Shown: in pieces, positions 48,157-57,865 of the stretch
Numbering within the stretch: the stretch's first letter is position 1
How the letters are laid out: each line of letters begins with the position of its first letter
NCBI GenBank assembly: GCA_022823775.1
Contig: JAJEHI010000062.1
Location: forward strand, 1,851 to 65,850
Source: Defluviicoccus sp.
GTDB taxonomy: Bacteria > Pseudomonadota > Alphaproteobacteria > MPNO01
Length of the DNA: 64,000 nucleotides
Direction of reading: 5' to 3'
Notes under the pieces: model-generated
What the model was told of the DNA's origin: nothing
Databases searched by the model: none
Seen by the model: only the letters and a program-made list of their open reading frames with translations
Made by a program: the position numbers and the translations under genes

Positions 48157-49419
48157 ATGTGGATGCGTCCTTTTTTCGCCCTTCTCGTCGCGGCCGCGAT
48201 CGCGGCGCCCACGGCGGCGCTCTCCCAGTCGGAGCAACGAATCGCCGCGATCGTCAACGACGAGGTGATTTCCCTCCGGGATCTGCGGCAGCGCATACGC
48301 ATGGTCGTTTTTTCCAGCGGGATCGAAGACACCGCGGACGCACGGCGACGGGTGGCGAGACAGGTGCTGCGGACGCTGATCGACGAGCGCCTGCAGCTTC
48401 AGGAAGCGAAAAAGTGGAACATAACCGCCTCCGAAGACGACATCGGGCGGAGCGTCGCGGACATCGAAAAGCGCAACGGCATGGAGCCCGGGAGCCTCCC
48501 CTCCATATTCCGGCGGAACGGCGTGAGCTTCGAATCGCTCCGCGCGCAGATGCGGAGCCGCGTGGCCTGGTCCAGGCTGGTGAACCGCCGGCTGGCGCCG
48601 AGGATCGATATCGGCGCCGAAGAGGTGGATGAGGTCCTCGCGCGGCTCGAGGCGTCCAGGGGGGAGAACACGTACCGCCTCTGGGAAATATTCCTGTCGG
48701 TCAACAGTCCGGACGAAGAAGCCTCGATCCGGGAGACCGCGGAGCGTTTGGTGGAACAGATTCGCGGGGGCGCCCGGTTCAGCGCGCTCGCCCGCCAGTT
48801 CTCGCAGGCCGCGACGGCCGCGGTCGGCGGCGATCTCGGCTGGACGCCGCGCTCGCAGCTCGATCCCGAGATCGCGGCGGCGATAGACCGTCTCGCGGCG
48901 GGCGAGGTGCTGGATCCGATTCGGACGATATCGGGCTTCCGGATCGTGACGCTGGGCGGCAAACGGAGGATCGCGGCGACCGATCCGAACCGGGCGGAAC
49001 TCGACCTCAAGCAGATATTCATTCCGGTCCCGGACGACGAAGACCCGGCCGGGTTGCGAACCCGCACGGACGCCGCAAGATCGGAAGGCGATGCCATCGA
49101 AGGCTGCGAGAACCTTTCCGCCGCGGCCCAACGGCTGGGCGCGGAGGCGCCTCAGGATCTGGGCAAGGTCCGACTGGCCGACCTTTCGGCCGAAGTTCGA
49201 CGACATGTCGCCGATGTGCCGGTGGGGAAGGCCAGCGAACCGATCGGAACGCCCCGGGGGCTGGTGCTGATGGTGGTTTGCGGCCGCACCCTCCCGAAGC
49301 CGGACCTGCCCAGCCGGGAGACGGTAACGGAGCAGCTTCGTCTGCAGCGGCTCGACCTGGCGGTGCAGCGCTATCTCAGAGATTTGCGAAGCGCCGCGAT
49401 CGTCGATGTTCGCCTGTAG
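48157..49419 (+). CDS. surA: Periplasmic chaperone/peptidyl-prolyl isomerase SurA
   Basis: A signal peptide is followed by a SurA N-terminal domain and a parvulin PPIase region. It lies upstream of pdxA and rsmA, as in the conserved surA-pdxA-rsmA locus. Confidence 0.8.
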   Translation: MWMRPFFALLVAAAIAAPTAALSQSEQRIAAIVNDEVISLRDLRQRIRMVVFSSGIEDTADARRRVARQVLRTLIDERLQLQEAKKWNITASEDDIGRSVADIEKRNGMEPGSLPSIFRRNGVSFESLRAQMRSRVAWSRLVNRRLAPRIDIGAEEVDEVLARLEASRGENTYRLWEIFLSVNSPDEEASIRETAERLVEQIRGGARFSALARQFSQAATAAVGGDLGWTPRSQLDPEIAAAIDRLAAGEVLDPIRTISGFRIVTLGGKRRIAATDPNRAELDLKQIFIPVPDDEDPAGLRTRTDAARSEGDAIEGCENLSAAAQRLGAEAPQDLGKVRLADLSAEVRRHVADVPVGKASEPIGTPRGLVLMVVCGRTLPKPDLPSRETVTEQLRLQRLDLAVQRYLRDLRSAAIVDVRL

Positions 49420-49434
49420 GCTCCGGCGGGTGCG

Positions 49435-50448
49435 ATGCGCGCCCTAGCCCTCACCATGGGGGACGCCGCCGGGATCGGCCCCGAGATCGCGCTGGAATCC
49501 TGGGTTCGGCGCCGCGAAGCCGGCATCCCGCCTTTCGTCTATCTCGGGGGGCGGGATCACGTCGAACGGCTGGCCGCGACGCTGGGGCTCGACGTGCCGG
49601 TGAAGTCCGTGGCGGGGCCGGCGGAAGCGGTCGACGTCTTCACGGACTCGTTTCCGGTATTGCCGATCGCCCTCCCCGCCCCCGCGGTCTGCGGCAAGCC
49701 GGATCCCTCGAACGGTCCCGCCACGATAGAAGCCATCGATCGGGCGGTCGAACTTGCCGCCTCGGGCGAAGCCGCGGCGGTCGTGACCAACCCGATCGGG
49801 AAGGCCGTCCTTTACCGATGCGGCTTCGGTCATCCGGGCCACACCGAATATCTCGCCGAGCGCTGCGGCGGCGCGTCGCCGCCCGCGATGATGCTCGTCT
49901 GCGACGGGCTTCGCGTCGTCCCGGTGACCGTCCACCTGCCTCTCGCGGAGGCTGCGAATGCCCTCACCGTAGACGCCATCGTTCGCTGCGGACGCACGGC
50001 CGCGGCGGGACTCGCGCGCGACTTCGGGATCCGCGCGCCGAGACTCGCCGTCGCGGGTCTCAATCCCCATGCCGGCGAGGGCGGGCATCTGGGACGCGAG
50101 GAAATCGAGGTTATCGGACCGGCGGTCGACATCCTGCGCGGCGACGGACTCAACGTCGACGGACCCTCCCCGGCGGATACGCTGTTTCACGACGACGCGC
50201 GCCAAGACTACGACGCGGCGCTCTGCATGTACCACGACCAGGCGCTGATCCCGATCAAGACGCTCGACTTCTTCGGCGGAGTCAACGTGACGCTCGGCCT
50301 TCCAATCGTCCGGACCTCGCCCGACCACGGCACCGGCTACGACATCGCGGGCAAGGGAATTGCCCGGCCGGACAGCCTGATTGCCGCGCTCCGCCTCGCC
50401 GCGACGATGGCGAGCACGCGGGCCGGGATGTCGGACGCCCTTGCCTGA
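49435..50448 (+). CDS. pdxA: 4-hydroxythreonine-4-phosphate dehydrogenase
   Basis: MRALALTMGDAAGIGPEI...GHPGHTEYL...HGTGYDIAGKG shows the PdxA family motifs. Confidence 0.9.
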   Translation: MRALALTMGDAAGIGPEIALESWVRRREAGIPPFVYLGGRDHVERLAATLGLDVPVKSVAGPAEAVDVFTDSFPVLPIALPAPAVCGKPDPSNGPATIEAIDRAVELAASGEAAAVVTNPIGKAVLYRCGFGHPGHTEYLAERCGGASPPAMMLVCDGLRVVPVTVHLPLAEAANALTVDAIVRCGRTAAAGLARDFGIRAPRLAVAGLNPHAGEGGHLGREEIEVIGPAVDILRGDGLNVDGPSPADTLFHDDARQDYDAALCMYHDQALIPIKTLDFFGGVNVTLGLPIVRTSPDHGTGYDIAGKGIARPDSLIAALRLAATMASTRAGMSDALA

Positions 50449-51283
50449 GCCCCTGCCGCCTCTGCGCGAGGTCATCGCCCGTTACGGGATTCGCGCGAGA
50501 CGGCAGCTCGGCCAGCATTTCCTCCTGGATATCAACCTCTGCCGGCGTATCGTCCGGGCCGCGGGCGATCTCGCGGGGAAGACGGCGATCGAGATCGGAC
50601 CGGGGCCGGGCGGCCTCACCCGCGCGCTCCTCGAAACCGGCGCGGCGCGCGTGATCGCGGTCGAACGCGATCCGCGGTGCGTAGACGCGCTCTCCGACCT
50701 CTCGCGGAGATACGGAGACCGGCTCCACGTGGTCGCCGGCGACGCGCTGGATGTCGACGTCTCCGCCCTTGCCGGGACCGACCGGATCGCGATCGTCGCG
50801 AACCTGCCCTACAACGTCGCCACGCCGCTCCTGATCGGCTGGCTGCAGCGCGTCGATTCGATCTCCGCGATGACGCTCATGTTCCAGAAGGAGGTCGCGG
50901 AGCGCATCGTCGCGGCCCCGGGCACGAGCGCCTATGGCCGGCTCGCGGTTGTCACGCAGTGGCTCTGCGAGGCGAAACGCGCCTTCGACGTCGCGCCGAC
51001 CGCCTTCGTGCCGCCGCCCAGGGTCACCTCAACCGTCGTCAACCTGGTTCCGCGCGACGCGCCTCTGGCGCCGGCGGACATGGCAACTCTGGAGACGGTT
51101 ACCGCCGCCGCCTTCGGCCGCCGACGCAAGATGCTGCGCTCGGCCCTCGCCGGGCTGGTCGAAGATCCGGAGGCGCTCCTGGCGCGAGAAGGAATCGCGC
51201 CGACGGCCCGGGCCGAAACGCTTCCACCGGAGGCCTTCTGCGCGCTCGCGCGCGGTCTCGCGAGGCTCAGAGCCCCTCGCTGA
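50441..51283 (+). CDS. rsmA: 16S rRNA (adenine1518-N6/adenine1519-N6)-dimethyltransferase RsmA/KsgA; start uncertain (TTG inside the pdxA 3' end)
   Basis: LPPLREVIARYGIRARRQLGQHFLLD is followed by a SAM-binding IEIGPGPGGLT. There is no in-frame ATG near the conserved N-terminus. Confidence 0.75.
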   Translation: MPEPLPPLREVIARYGIRARRQLGQHFLLDINLCRRIVRAAGDLAGKTAIEIGPGPGGLTRALLETGAARVIAVERDPRCVDALSDLSRRYGDRLHVVAGDALDVDVSALAGTDRIAIVANLPYNVATPLLIGWLQRVDSISAMTLMFQKEVAERIVAAPGTSAYGRLAVVTQWLCEAKRAFDVAPTAFVPPPRVTSTVVNLVPRDAPLAPADMATLETVTAAAFGRRRKMLRSALAGLVEDPEALLAREGIAPTARAETLPPEAFCALARGLARLRAPR

Positions 51284-51905
51284 GACCCTTGACGAATACC
51301 GGCAGACCCACCTGACGCTGACGGCGCAGGCGTTCCGCGGTGAGAATGGAACGGACGCTGGCGACGCTTTCCTGGATATCGCGGTTGACAACCACGTAGT
51401 CGAATTCGTTCCAGTGCGCGATCTCGTCGGGGGCCCGCTTCATGCGCTGCGCAACGACGTCGTCCGAATCCTGCGCGCGCCGCCGCAGACGCGCGTGCAG
51501 TTCGCCGGTCGATGGCGGCAGGACGAATATGCTCACGACGTCCTTCGGTGCCTTACCCTTGAGCTGGCGCGCACCCTGCCAGTCGATGTCGAACAGGACG
51601 TCGAGACCTTCCGCGAGCGCTTTTTCGACCGGGGCCCGGGGCGTGCCGTAGTCGTTTCCGAACACCTTCGCGTGTTCCAGCAGATCGCCGGCCGCGCGCA
51701 TCTTTTCGAAAGCGGCGGAATCGAGGAACGAATAGTCGCGCCGGTCTACCTCGTCCGGACGCTTGGGGCGCGTGGTCACCGACACCGACAGCGTGAGGCC
51801 GGGATCGGCCTCCAGCAGCAGCCGGGAAATGGTGGTCTTGCCGGCCCCCGACGGCGAGGACAGGACCAGCATCAGCCCGCGGCGGGGAATTCCGTCGCCG
51901 TTCAT
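51267..51905 (-). CDS. gmk: Guanylate kinase
   Basis: RRGLMLVLSSPSGAGKTT is the P-loop. The 212-aa protein has a 3' end that overlaps the rsmA 3' end convergently by 17 nt. Confidence 0.9.
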   Translation of the reverse strand: MNGDGIPRRGLMLVLSSPSGAGKTTISRLLLEADPGLTLSVSVTTRPKRPDEVDRRDYSFLDSAAFEKMRAAGDLLEHAKVFGNDYGTPRAPVEKALAEGLDVLFDIDWQGARQLKGKAPKDVVSIFVLPPSTGELHARLRRRAQDSDDVVAQRMKRAPDEIAHWNEFDYVVVNRDIQESVASVRSILTAERLRRQRQVGLPVFVKGLSEGL

Positions 51906-51907
51906 GC

Positions 51908-52780
51908 CTACTCGATGTTTTGAACCTGTTCGCGGAGGCCTTCGACCGCCGCCTTCAGGTCAAGACCGATGCGCGTAAGGCCCTTGTCGGCCGATTTCGA
52001 GCATAACGTGTTGGCTTCCCGGTTGAATTCCTGACAGAGGAAGTCGAGCCGCCGCCCGACCGGTCCGCCGCCGCTCAACAATTCCCGGGCCGATGCAACG
52101 TGGCCGACCAGCCGGTCGATTTCCTCGCGGATATCCGCCCGCGCCGCGAGATAGGCCACCTCCTGCGCGAGACGGTCCTCGGCGATCGCGGAGTTCGGGT
52201 CGAGGAGCGCCGCGATCTGGTCGCGGACCCGGTCGCGAACCCGTTCGGGCTGGGCGGCGGCGGCCGCCGCGGCGGCCGCCGCGAGCGCGTCGATTTCGTC
52301 CAGTTGGCGCTCGACGATGGTTTCCAGCCGCTCGCCCTCCTCGCGCCGGGCCGCGGCAAGACCGTCGAGAGCGGCCGCGAGCGTGTCCAGCAACGAGACG
52401 CGGCGCCGTTCGCGCTCGGCGTCGCTGTCTTCCGCCTCCACCCTTTCCAGGACGCCTGGAAGAGCCAACAGCGCCTCGAGCCGCGCGGGAGGGGAATCGT
52501 GCCGGTCCCGCAACGAGCGATGGATCTCCAGCAGACGATCCAGCACGTCGTCATTGACCCGGATCTCCGGGGCGCGAGTCGACTGCGCGATCGACAGGTG
52601 GAGGGAAAGGGAGCCCCGGCTGAACCGTTCCGCCGCCAGGGCACGGGCTTGCGGCTCAAGTGCGTCATGTCCGTGGGGGGTGCGGATTCTGAGATCGAGG
52701 TTGCGCCCGTTGACGCTTCTGACTTCCCAATTCCAGCGGACTTCGTCGTCGCCGCCCTCGGCGCGCGCGAAACCGGTCAT
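51908..52780 (-). CDS. YicC-family stress-induced protein
   Basis: From MTGFARAEG, the YicC N-terminal SMTGF motif, to a C-terminal DUF1732 region. The start is chosen in frame within track ORF 51908..52960. Confidence 0.7.
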   Translation of the reverse strand: MTGFARAEGGDDEVRWNWEVRSVNGRNLDLRIRTPHGHDALEPQARALAAERFSRGSLSLHLSIAQSTRAPEIRVNDDVLDRLLEIHRSLRDRHDSPPARLEALLALPGVLERVEAEDSDAERERRRVSLLDTLAAALDGLAAARREEGERLETIVERQLDEIDALAAAAAAAAAAQPERVRDRVRDQIAALLDPNSAIAEDRLAQEVAYLAARADIREEIDRLVGHVASARELLSGGGPVGRRLDFLCQEFNREANTLCSKSADKGLTRIGLDLKAAVEGLREQVQNIE

Positions 52781-53012
52781 GCTCTGGAGTTCGCGAGCCG
52801 TTTCCCGCGCACCGTCCTCGGCAATTGCGATCTTCCTGGCCTTTGCCATGTTCTCTTCGGGGGGACCCGTGACGTTGCGCGGCGAGCGGACCTCTATAGT
52901 ACAGATTGCCCATGCCCTGAACGAATCGCGCCCGGCGTTCGGGCTGTTTTCGGCTCGCATCCGTTCGCGGCGGGGCGTAGGGTCGGAGCCCGTTATCGAT
53001 GGGGATTTCCCT

Positions 53013-54362
53013 ATGGAACCGGTGATTGCAGCCCTCGTCGGGCTCGCAGTCGGCGCGGCGATGGTATGGCTCTTGAGGCGGAGCGAGGTCGCCAGAGTCT
53101 CCGCCGCTCACGACGCGGAACGGGCGCGCGCGGACTCGGCATCGCGCGATCTCGAAGCGGAGCGGATCGCGCTTGCGGCCAGCCGCGCGCGGCTCGAGGA
53201 AGTCGAGCGGGCGCACAAGGAAAAGACCGGTTCGCTCGAACGCGTCCGCGGCGATATCGAGAAGGAGCTCAAGGCGCTCGCCCAGCAGGCGCTGAAGGAG
53301 AACCAGACCTCCTTTCTCGGACTTGCGAACGAGGTCTTCGACAAGCATCGCGAGCGCGTCGACGGCGAGCTCAAGCCGATCAAGACCGCGCTCGCCGATT
53401 GGCGCAAGAACCTCGAGGAGATCGAGAAGACCCGCAGGGAGCATTACGGAAACCTCACCGCGGAACTGAAGAACGTCGTCAACGGTCAGGAGAAGGTCAG
53501 GGGCGAGGCCGCGAGGCTGGTCAATGCGCTTCGCGCGGCACCCAAGACGCGCGGACGATGGGGCGAGGAAACGCTGAGGAACGTGCTCGAACTGTCGGGC
53601 ATGACCGAACATTGCGACTTTCGAACCGAGCAGTCGCTGCGCCAGGACACAGAGTTGCTGCGGCCGGACGTGATCATTCGACTGCCCGGCGAGCGCTACA
53701 TGATCGTCGACGCCAAAACGTCCCTGAGCGCGTATATGGACGCGGTCGAGGCGGAAGACGACGAAACGCGCGAAGAACTGCTCAAGCGGCACGCCGGGCA
53801 GCTCAGAACCCACATGCGAAATCTCGCTTCGAAGCGTTACCAGGACGCCCTCGACGTAACGCCCGACTTCGTCGTGATGTTCGTGCCGGGCGACAACTTC
53901 TATGCCGCGGCCATCGAGCGCGACCCGACGCTCTACGACGATGCGCTCAAATCCAACGTGCTCATCGTTACCCCGACGGTGATGCTGGGTCTCGCAAAGG
54001 CCGTCGCCTTCGGCTGGCGGCAGGAGAAGGTCGCCGAAAACGCGCGGGAAGTCGCCAGGCTCGGACAGGAACTCTACCAGCGCATGGGTACGATGGGCGA
54101 CCACATCGCGGGGCTCGGCCAGGACATCGCCAGGTCGGTGCGGCGGTACAACGCCTTCGTCGGCAGTCTGGAGTCGCGGGTGATGCCGCAGGCGCGGCGC
54201 TTTGCCGATCTGAAGGTGGAGGGAGCGTCGCAGCCCTTGCCGGAGACGCAGTATATCGATACCGAGGTGCAGATGCCGCGTGGCGACCGCGATCTCGTGA
54301 TCGGCCCGACCGCGGAAACCGCCGCCGAACCGCACCCGCCGGTCAAGCCGGCCGCGGAATAG
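53013..54362 (+). CDS. rmuC: DNA recombination protein RmuC
   Basis: A TM anchor, a long coiled-coil and a C-terminal RmuC nuclease-like region (PDVIIRLPGERYMIVDAKTSL) are present. The start is in frame with track ORF 52317. Confidence 0.8.
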   Translation: MEPVIAALVGLAVGAAMVWLLRRSEVARVSAAHDAERARADSASRDLEAERIALAASRARLEEVERAHKEKTGSLERVRGDIEKELKALAQQALKENQTSFLGLANEVFDKHRERVDGELKPIKTALADWRKNLEEIEKTRREHYGNLTAELKNVVNGQEKVRGEAARLVNALRAAPKTRGRWGEETLRNVLELSGMTEHCDFRTEQSLRQDTELLRPDVIIRLPGERYMIVDAKTSLSAYMDAVEAEDDETREELLKRHAGQLRTHMRNLASKRYQDALDVTPDFVVMFVPGDNFYAAAIERDPTLYDDALKSNVLIVTPTVMLGLAKAVAFGWRQEKVAENAREVARLGQELYQRMGTMGDHIAGLGQDIARSVRRYNAFVGSLESRVMPQARRFADLKVEGASQPLPETQYIDTEVQMPRGDRDLVIGPTAETAAEPHPPVKPAAE

Positions 54363-54368
54363 AGCCGC

Positions 54369-55376
54369 CTATTCCGGCGGCTCCGCTTCCTTTCTTTCGC
54401 GTTCGATCCGTCGCCATCGCGCGACGTTCCGGAGATGCTCCGGAAAGGTGCGGGCGAACGCATGTCCGCCCGTCCCGTCCGCCACGAAGTAAAGCTCGTC
54501 GGTCCGCGCCGGATGCAGCGCGGCTTCGATCGAGGCGCGACCCGGATTGGCGATCGGCGTGGGCGGCAGGCCGTGCGTCCGATAGGTGTTGTAGGGCGAT
54601 TCGACCCGGAGGTCCTTCCTGGCGAGAGGCCGGTCGAGCGGCGCGAGTCCCAGGGTGAGAGCGTAGACTACCGTCGGATCGGACTGCAGGCGCATCCCCC
54701 GGCGAAGCCGGTTGTGAAACACCGCAGAAATGCGCGCCCGCTCGGACGCCACGGCGGTTTCCCTCTCGATGATCGAGGCCAGGACCAGCGCCTCTTCCGG
54801 CGTCGCCAGCGCTATCCCGGCTGCGCGCGTTTCCCACAGGGAATCGAGCGTCTCTCTCATCGATTCGCGCATCCGGCGAACCAGCTCGACCCGGCTGTCG
54901 CCATACGAGAAATAATATGTCTCGGGCAGGAGCGACCCCTCCCCCACCCCGGCCGGCAAATCGCCCGCGAGACCCTCGGCGGCGGCGACGAGGCCGAGCG
55001 CCTCCCGGGTCGTGAGCCCCTCGGCGACGGTGATCCGTCGCTTGACGGTTTCGCCGCTCGCGAGAAGCGCGATCGCCCCGTCCATCGAAATTCCGGCCGG
55101 GAAACGATATTCGCCCGCGCGCATTGCCCTGCTCCGCCCTGTGAACCGGGCGCCCGCCTTGAACAGAAACCGGTCGCGGATCACGCCGCGGTCGCGCAGC
55201 TCGGTTGCGATGCTCTCGACACCGGAGCCCTTGTGGACGACCAGCGTCCTGGAGTCCGCCAGCGGTCCCGGGCGGACGAATTCGAGATATGCGAAGTAGG
55301 AAAACCCCAGCGCGAACAGGACCGCCCCAAGCGGTCCGAACACAGCCGCATGAAGCGCCAGCCGAGCCATCGGCAC
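54369..55376 (-). CDS. mltG: Endolytic murein transglycosylase MltG (YceG-like)
   Basis: An N-terminal TM helix is followed by YceG-domain motifs (LTIPEGLTTREA-like VAEGLTTREAL; ASIIERET). Confidence 0.8.
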   Translation of the reverse strand: MPMARLALHAAVFGPLGAVLFALGFSYFAYLEFVRPGPLADSRTLVVHKGSGVESIATELRDRGVIRDRFLFKAGARFTGRSRAMRAGEYRFPAGISMDGAIALLASGETVKRRITVAEGLTTREALGLVAAAEGLAGDLPAGVGEGSLLPETYYFSYGDSRVELVRRMRESMRETLDSLWETRAAGIALATPEEALVLASIIERETAVASERARISAVFHNRLRRGMRLQSDPTVVYALTLGLAPLDRPLARKDLRVESPYNTYRTHGLPPTPIANPGRASIEAALHPARTDELYFVADGTGGHAFARTFPEHLRNVARWRRIERERKEAEPPE

Positions 55377-55386
55377 GACCGCGCGG

Positions 55387-56649
55387 TCAGGGAGGCGCTG
55401 TGAAAATCAGGGACGCGTTAGTGCCGCCGAAGCCGAATGAATTTGACAGGGCGTTACGGATCGGACGTTCCCTGGCCTCGTTCGGGGCAAGGTCCAGATC
55501 GCAGCCCTCCGAGGGGTTGTCGAGATTGAGCGTGGGCGGAACCAGACCATCGTTGACCGCCATGATGGAGAAGATCGCCTCGACGCTGCCGGCGGCTCCG
55601 AGAAGATGCCCGATGGCGGACTTGGTGGACGACATGGAGAGCTTGTAGGCGTCCTCGCCGAAGACCCGTTTGACGGCGCCGAGCTCGATCTCGTCGCCGA
55701 GCGGGGTCGAAGTTCCGTGCGCGTTGATATAGTCGATTTCGTCGGTGTTCAGCTCCGCCCGCTTCAGCGCCGCGCGCATCGAACGGTATCCGCCGTTGCC
55801 GTCTTCCGGCGGCGACGTGATGTGGTGCGCATCGCCCGACATGCCGTAACCGACGACCTCGCCGTACATTTTCGCGCCGCGCTTCTTCGCGTGCTCCATC
55901 TCCTCAAGCACGACGATCCCGGCGCCCTCGCCCATCACGAACCCGTCGCGGTCGCGGTCCCAGGGGCGCGAGGCGCGTTCGGGCGTGTCGTTGAACCCGG
56001 TGGACAGCGCCCGTGCCGACGCGAACCCGGCGATTCCGATCCGGCAAACCGCCGCCTCGGCGCCGCCGGCGACCATTACGTCGGCATCGTCGAGCATGAT
56101 CATCCGCGCCGCGTCCCCGATCGCGTGCGCCCCGGTCGCGCAAGCCGTCACCACCGAATGGTTCGGGCCCTTGAACCCGTAGCGGATCGAGACCTGCCCC
56201 GACGCCAGGTTGATCAGGGTGGCCGGAATGAAGAACGGCGTCACCCGGCGCGGGCCGCGCTCGTTCATCGTGATCGAGCCGTCGAAAATGAACTTGAGGC
56301 CGCCAATACCGGATCCGATCAGCACGCCGGTCCGCTCGCGATCCTCTTCGGCTTCGGGCTGCCAGCCCGCGTCCTCGACCGCCTCGGCCGCGGCGCCGAG
56401 CGTGTAGACGATGAAATCGTCCATCTTGCGCCGGTCCTTGGCGTCGGTGACCGTGTCGGGATCGAAATGCCCGTTGCCGCTCTCCCCGACGGGCACCGTT
56501 CCGGCGATCTTGCACGGAAGATCCGAGACGTCGAAGGTCTGGATGGCCTGGATGCCCGACTCGCCGTTGACGAGGCGGTTCCACACATGGCCGACCCCCG
56601 CGCCCAGGGGCGTAACGAGGCCGAGCCCGGTAACGGCGACACGTCTCAT
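55387..56649 (-). CDS. fabF: Beta-ketoacyl-ACP synthase II
   Basis: The KAS II active-site context is present (TACATGAHAIG; HGTSTPLGD; NSFGFGGTNASL). Confidence 0.95.
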   Translation of the reverse strand: MRRVAVTGLGLVTPLGAGVGHVWNRLVNGESGIQAIQTFDVSDLPCKIAGTVPVGESGNGHFDPDTVTDAKDRRKMDDFIVYTLGAAAEAVEDAGWQPEAEEDRERTGVLIGSGIGGLKFIFDGSITMNERGPRRVTPFFIPATLINLASGQVSIRYGFKGPNHSVVTACATGAHAIGDAARMIMLDDADVMVAGGAEAAVCRIGIAGFASARALSTGFNDTPERASRPWDRDRDGFVMGEGAGIVVLEEMEHAKKRGAKMYGEVVGYGMSGDAHHITSPPEDGNGGYRSMRAALKRAELNTDEIDYINAHGTSTPLGDEIELGAVKRVFGEDAYKLSMSSTKSAIGHLLGAAGSVEAIFSIMAVNDGLVPPTLNLDNPSEGCDLDLAPNEARERPIRNALSNSFGFGGTNASLIFTAPP

Positions 56650-56721
56650 AACAGCACCGATTGTCCGTACTTCATCGGGTGGCGCCCGGCCGGGTTCGCG
56701 GATCCCGGACCGCGGCCGCGA

Positions 56722-56961
56722 TCAGGCGTTCGCGTTCTCTTCGATGAAGTTGATCGCATCCTTGACCGTCAGAATCTTCTCCGCCGCGTCGTCCGGAATC
56801 TCGCATCCGAACTCCTCCTCGAACGCCATCACGAGCTCGACTGTGTCGAGACTATCGGCGCCGAGGTCGTCGATGAAGCTCGCATTGTCGGTGACCTTGG
56901 CCTCGTCGACGCCAAGATGCTCGACCACGATCTTCTTCACACGGTTGGAGGTGTCGCTCAT
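56722..56961 (-). CDS. acpP: Acyl carrier protein
   Basis: [23 protein letters not shown]...[20 protein letters not shown] contains the DSL phosphopantetheine attachment site. Confidence 0.95.
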   Translation of the reverse strand: MSDTSNRVKKIVVEHLGVDEAKVTDNASFIDDLGADSLDTVELVMAFEEEFGCEIPDDAAEKILTVKDAINFIEENANA

Positions 56962-57102
56962 GTCAGGGTTCCTCGGTGTGGTAAGCGGTGGACCGGGCAC
57001 TGAGGGACCAGAGTCCAACGGGATACTCGGCCGCGCGGTGAGGGCCGACAACTATCACAACTGCCCCCGCCTTTCCAGCGCGCGCCCGAATCCGGCGGCC
57101 CG

Positions 57103-57840
57103 TCACAGCATGGCCATACCGCCGTTGACGCTGATGGTTTGCCCGGTGACGTAGGCCGCTTCGTCGCTTGCGAGAAAGGCGACGCAGGATGCGACATCCT
57201 CGGGCGTCCCGAGGCGTCCGGCCGGAATCCGATCGGTCAGCTTCGCGGTCCGGTCGTCGCCGAGTCCCTGCGTCATCGCGGTGTCGATAAACCCCGGCGC
57301 CACGCAGTTGACGGTGATGTTGCGTGCCGCGACCTCGGCCGCGAGAGCCTTGGTCATTCCGGTCATCCCCGCCTTGGACGCGGCGTAGTTGGCCTGTCCC
57401 GGATTCCCGGTCTGGCCCACGATCGACGTGATGGCGACGATCCTGCCCCAGCGCGCGCGCATCATGCCGCGCAGCGCGGCGCGAGCGAGTCGGAAACCGG
57501 CGGTGAGGTTGACGTCGAGCACGGTCTGCCAGTCTTCGTCCTTCACCCGGACGAACAGGTTGTCGCGCGCGAGGCCGGCATTGTTGACCAGTATGTCGAT
57601 TCCGCCCATCGCCTCCGCGGCCGCCTTGGCGAGCGCGTCTGCGGCATCGGGATCGGCGAGGTCGGCGGTCAGCACGAGGGCACGGTCCCCCATCGCGGCC
57701 GAGCGCTCCTCCAGCGCCTCGCGGTTGCGGCCCGCCAGAGCGACGGTCGCGCCCTGCGCGTACAGCGCGGAGGCCACCGCGCCGCCGATGCCTCCGGAGG
57801 CGCCGGTGACAAGAGCGCGCCTCTCTTTCAGATCGAACAT
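57103..57840 (-). CDS. fabG: 3-oxoacyl-ACP reductase
   Basis: SDR motifs are present (TGASGGIGGAVA; catalytic YAASKAG) and the gene sits within a fab cluster. Confidence 0.9.
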   Translation of the reverse strand: MFDLKERRALVTGASGGIGGAVASALYAQGATVALAGRNREALEERSAAMGDRALVLTADLADPDAADALAKAAAEAMGGIDILVNNAGLARDNLFVRVKDEDWQTVLDVNLTAGFRLARAALRGMMRARWGRIVAITSIVGQTGNPGQANYAASKAGMTGMTKALAAEVAARNITVNCVAPGFIDTAMTQGLGDDRTAKLTDRIPAGRLGTPEDVASCVAFLASDEAAYVTGQTISVNGGMAML

Positions 57841-57865
57841 GACCGGCTCCCCACTCCCGGGAAAT

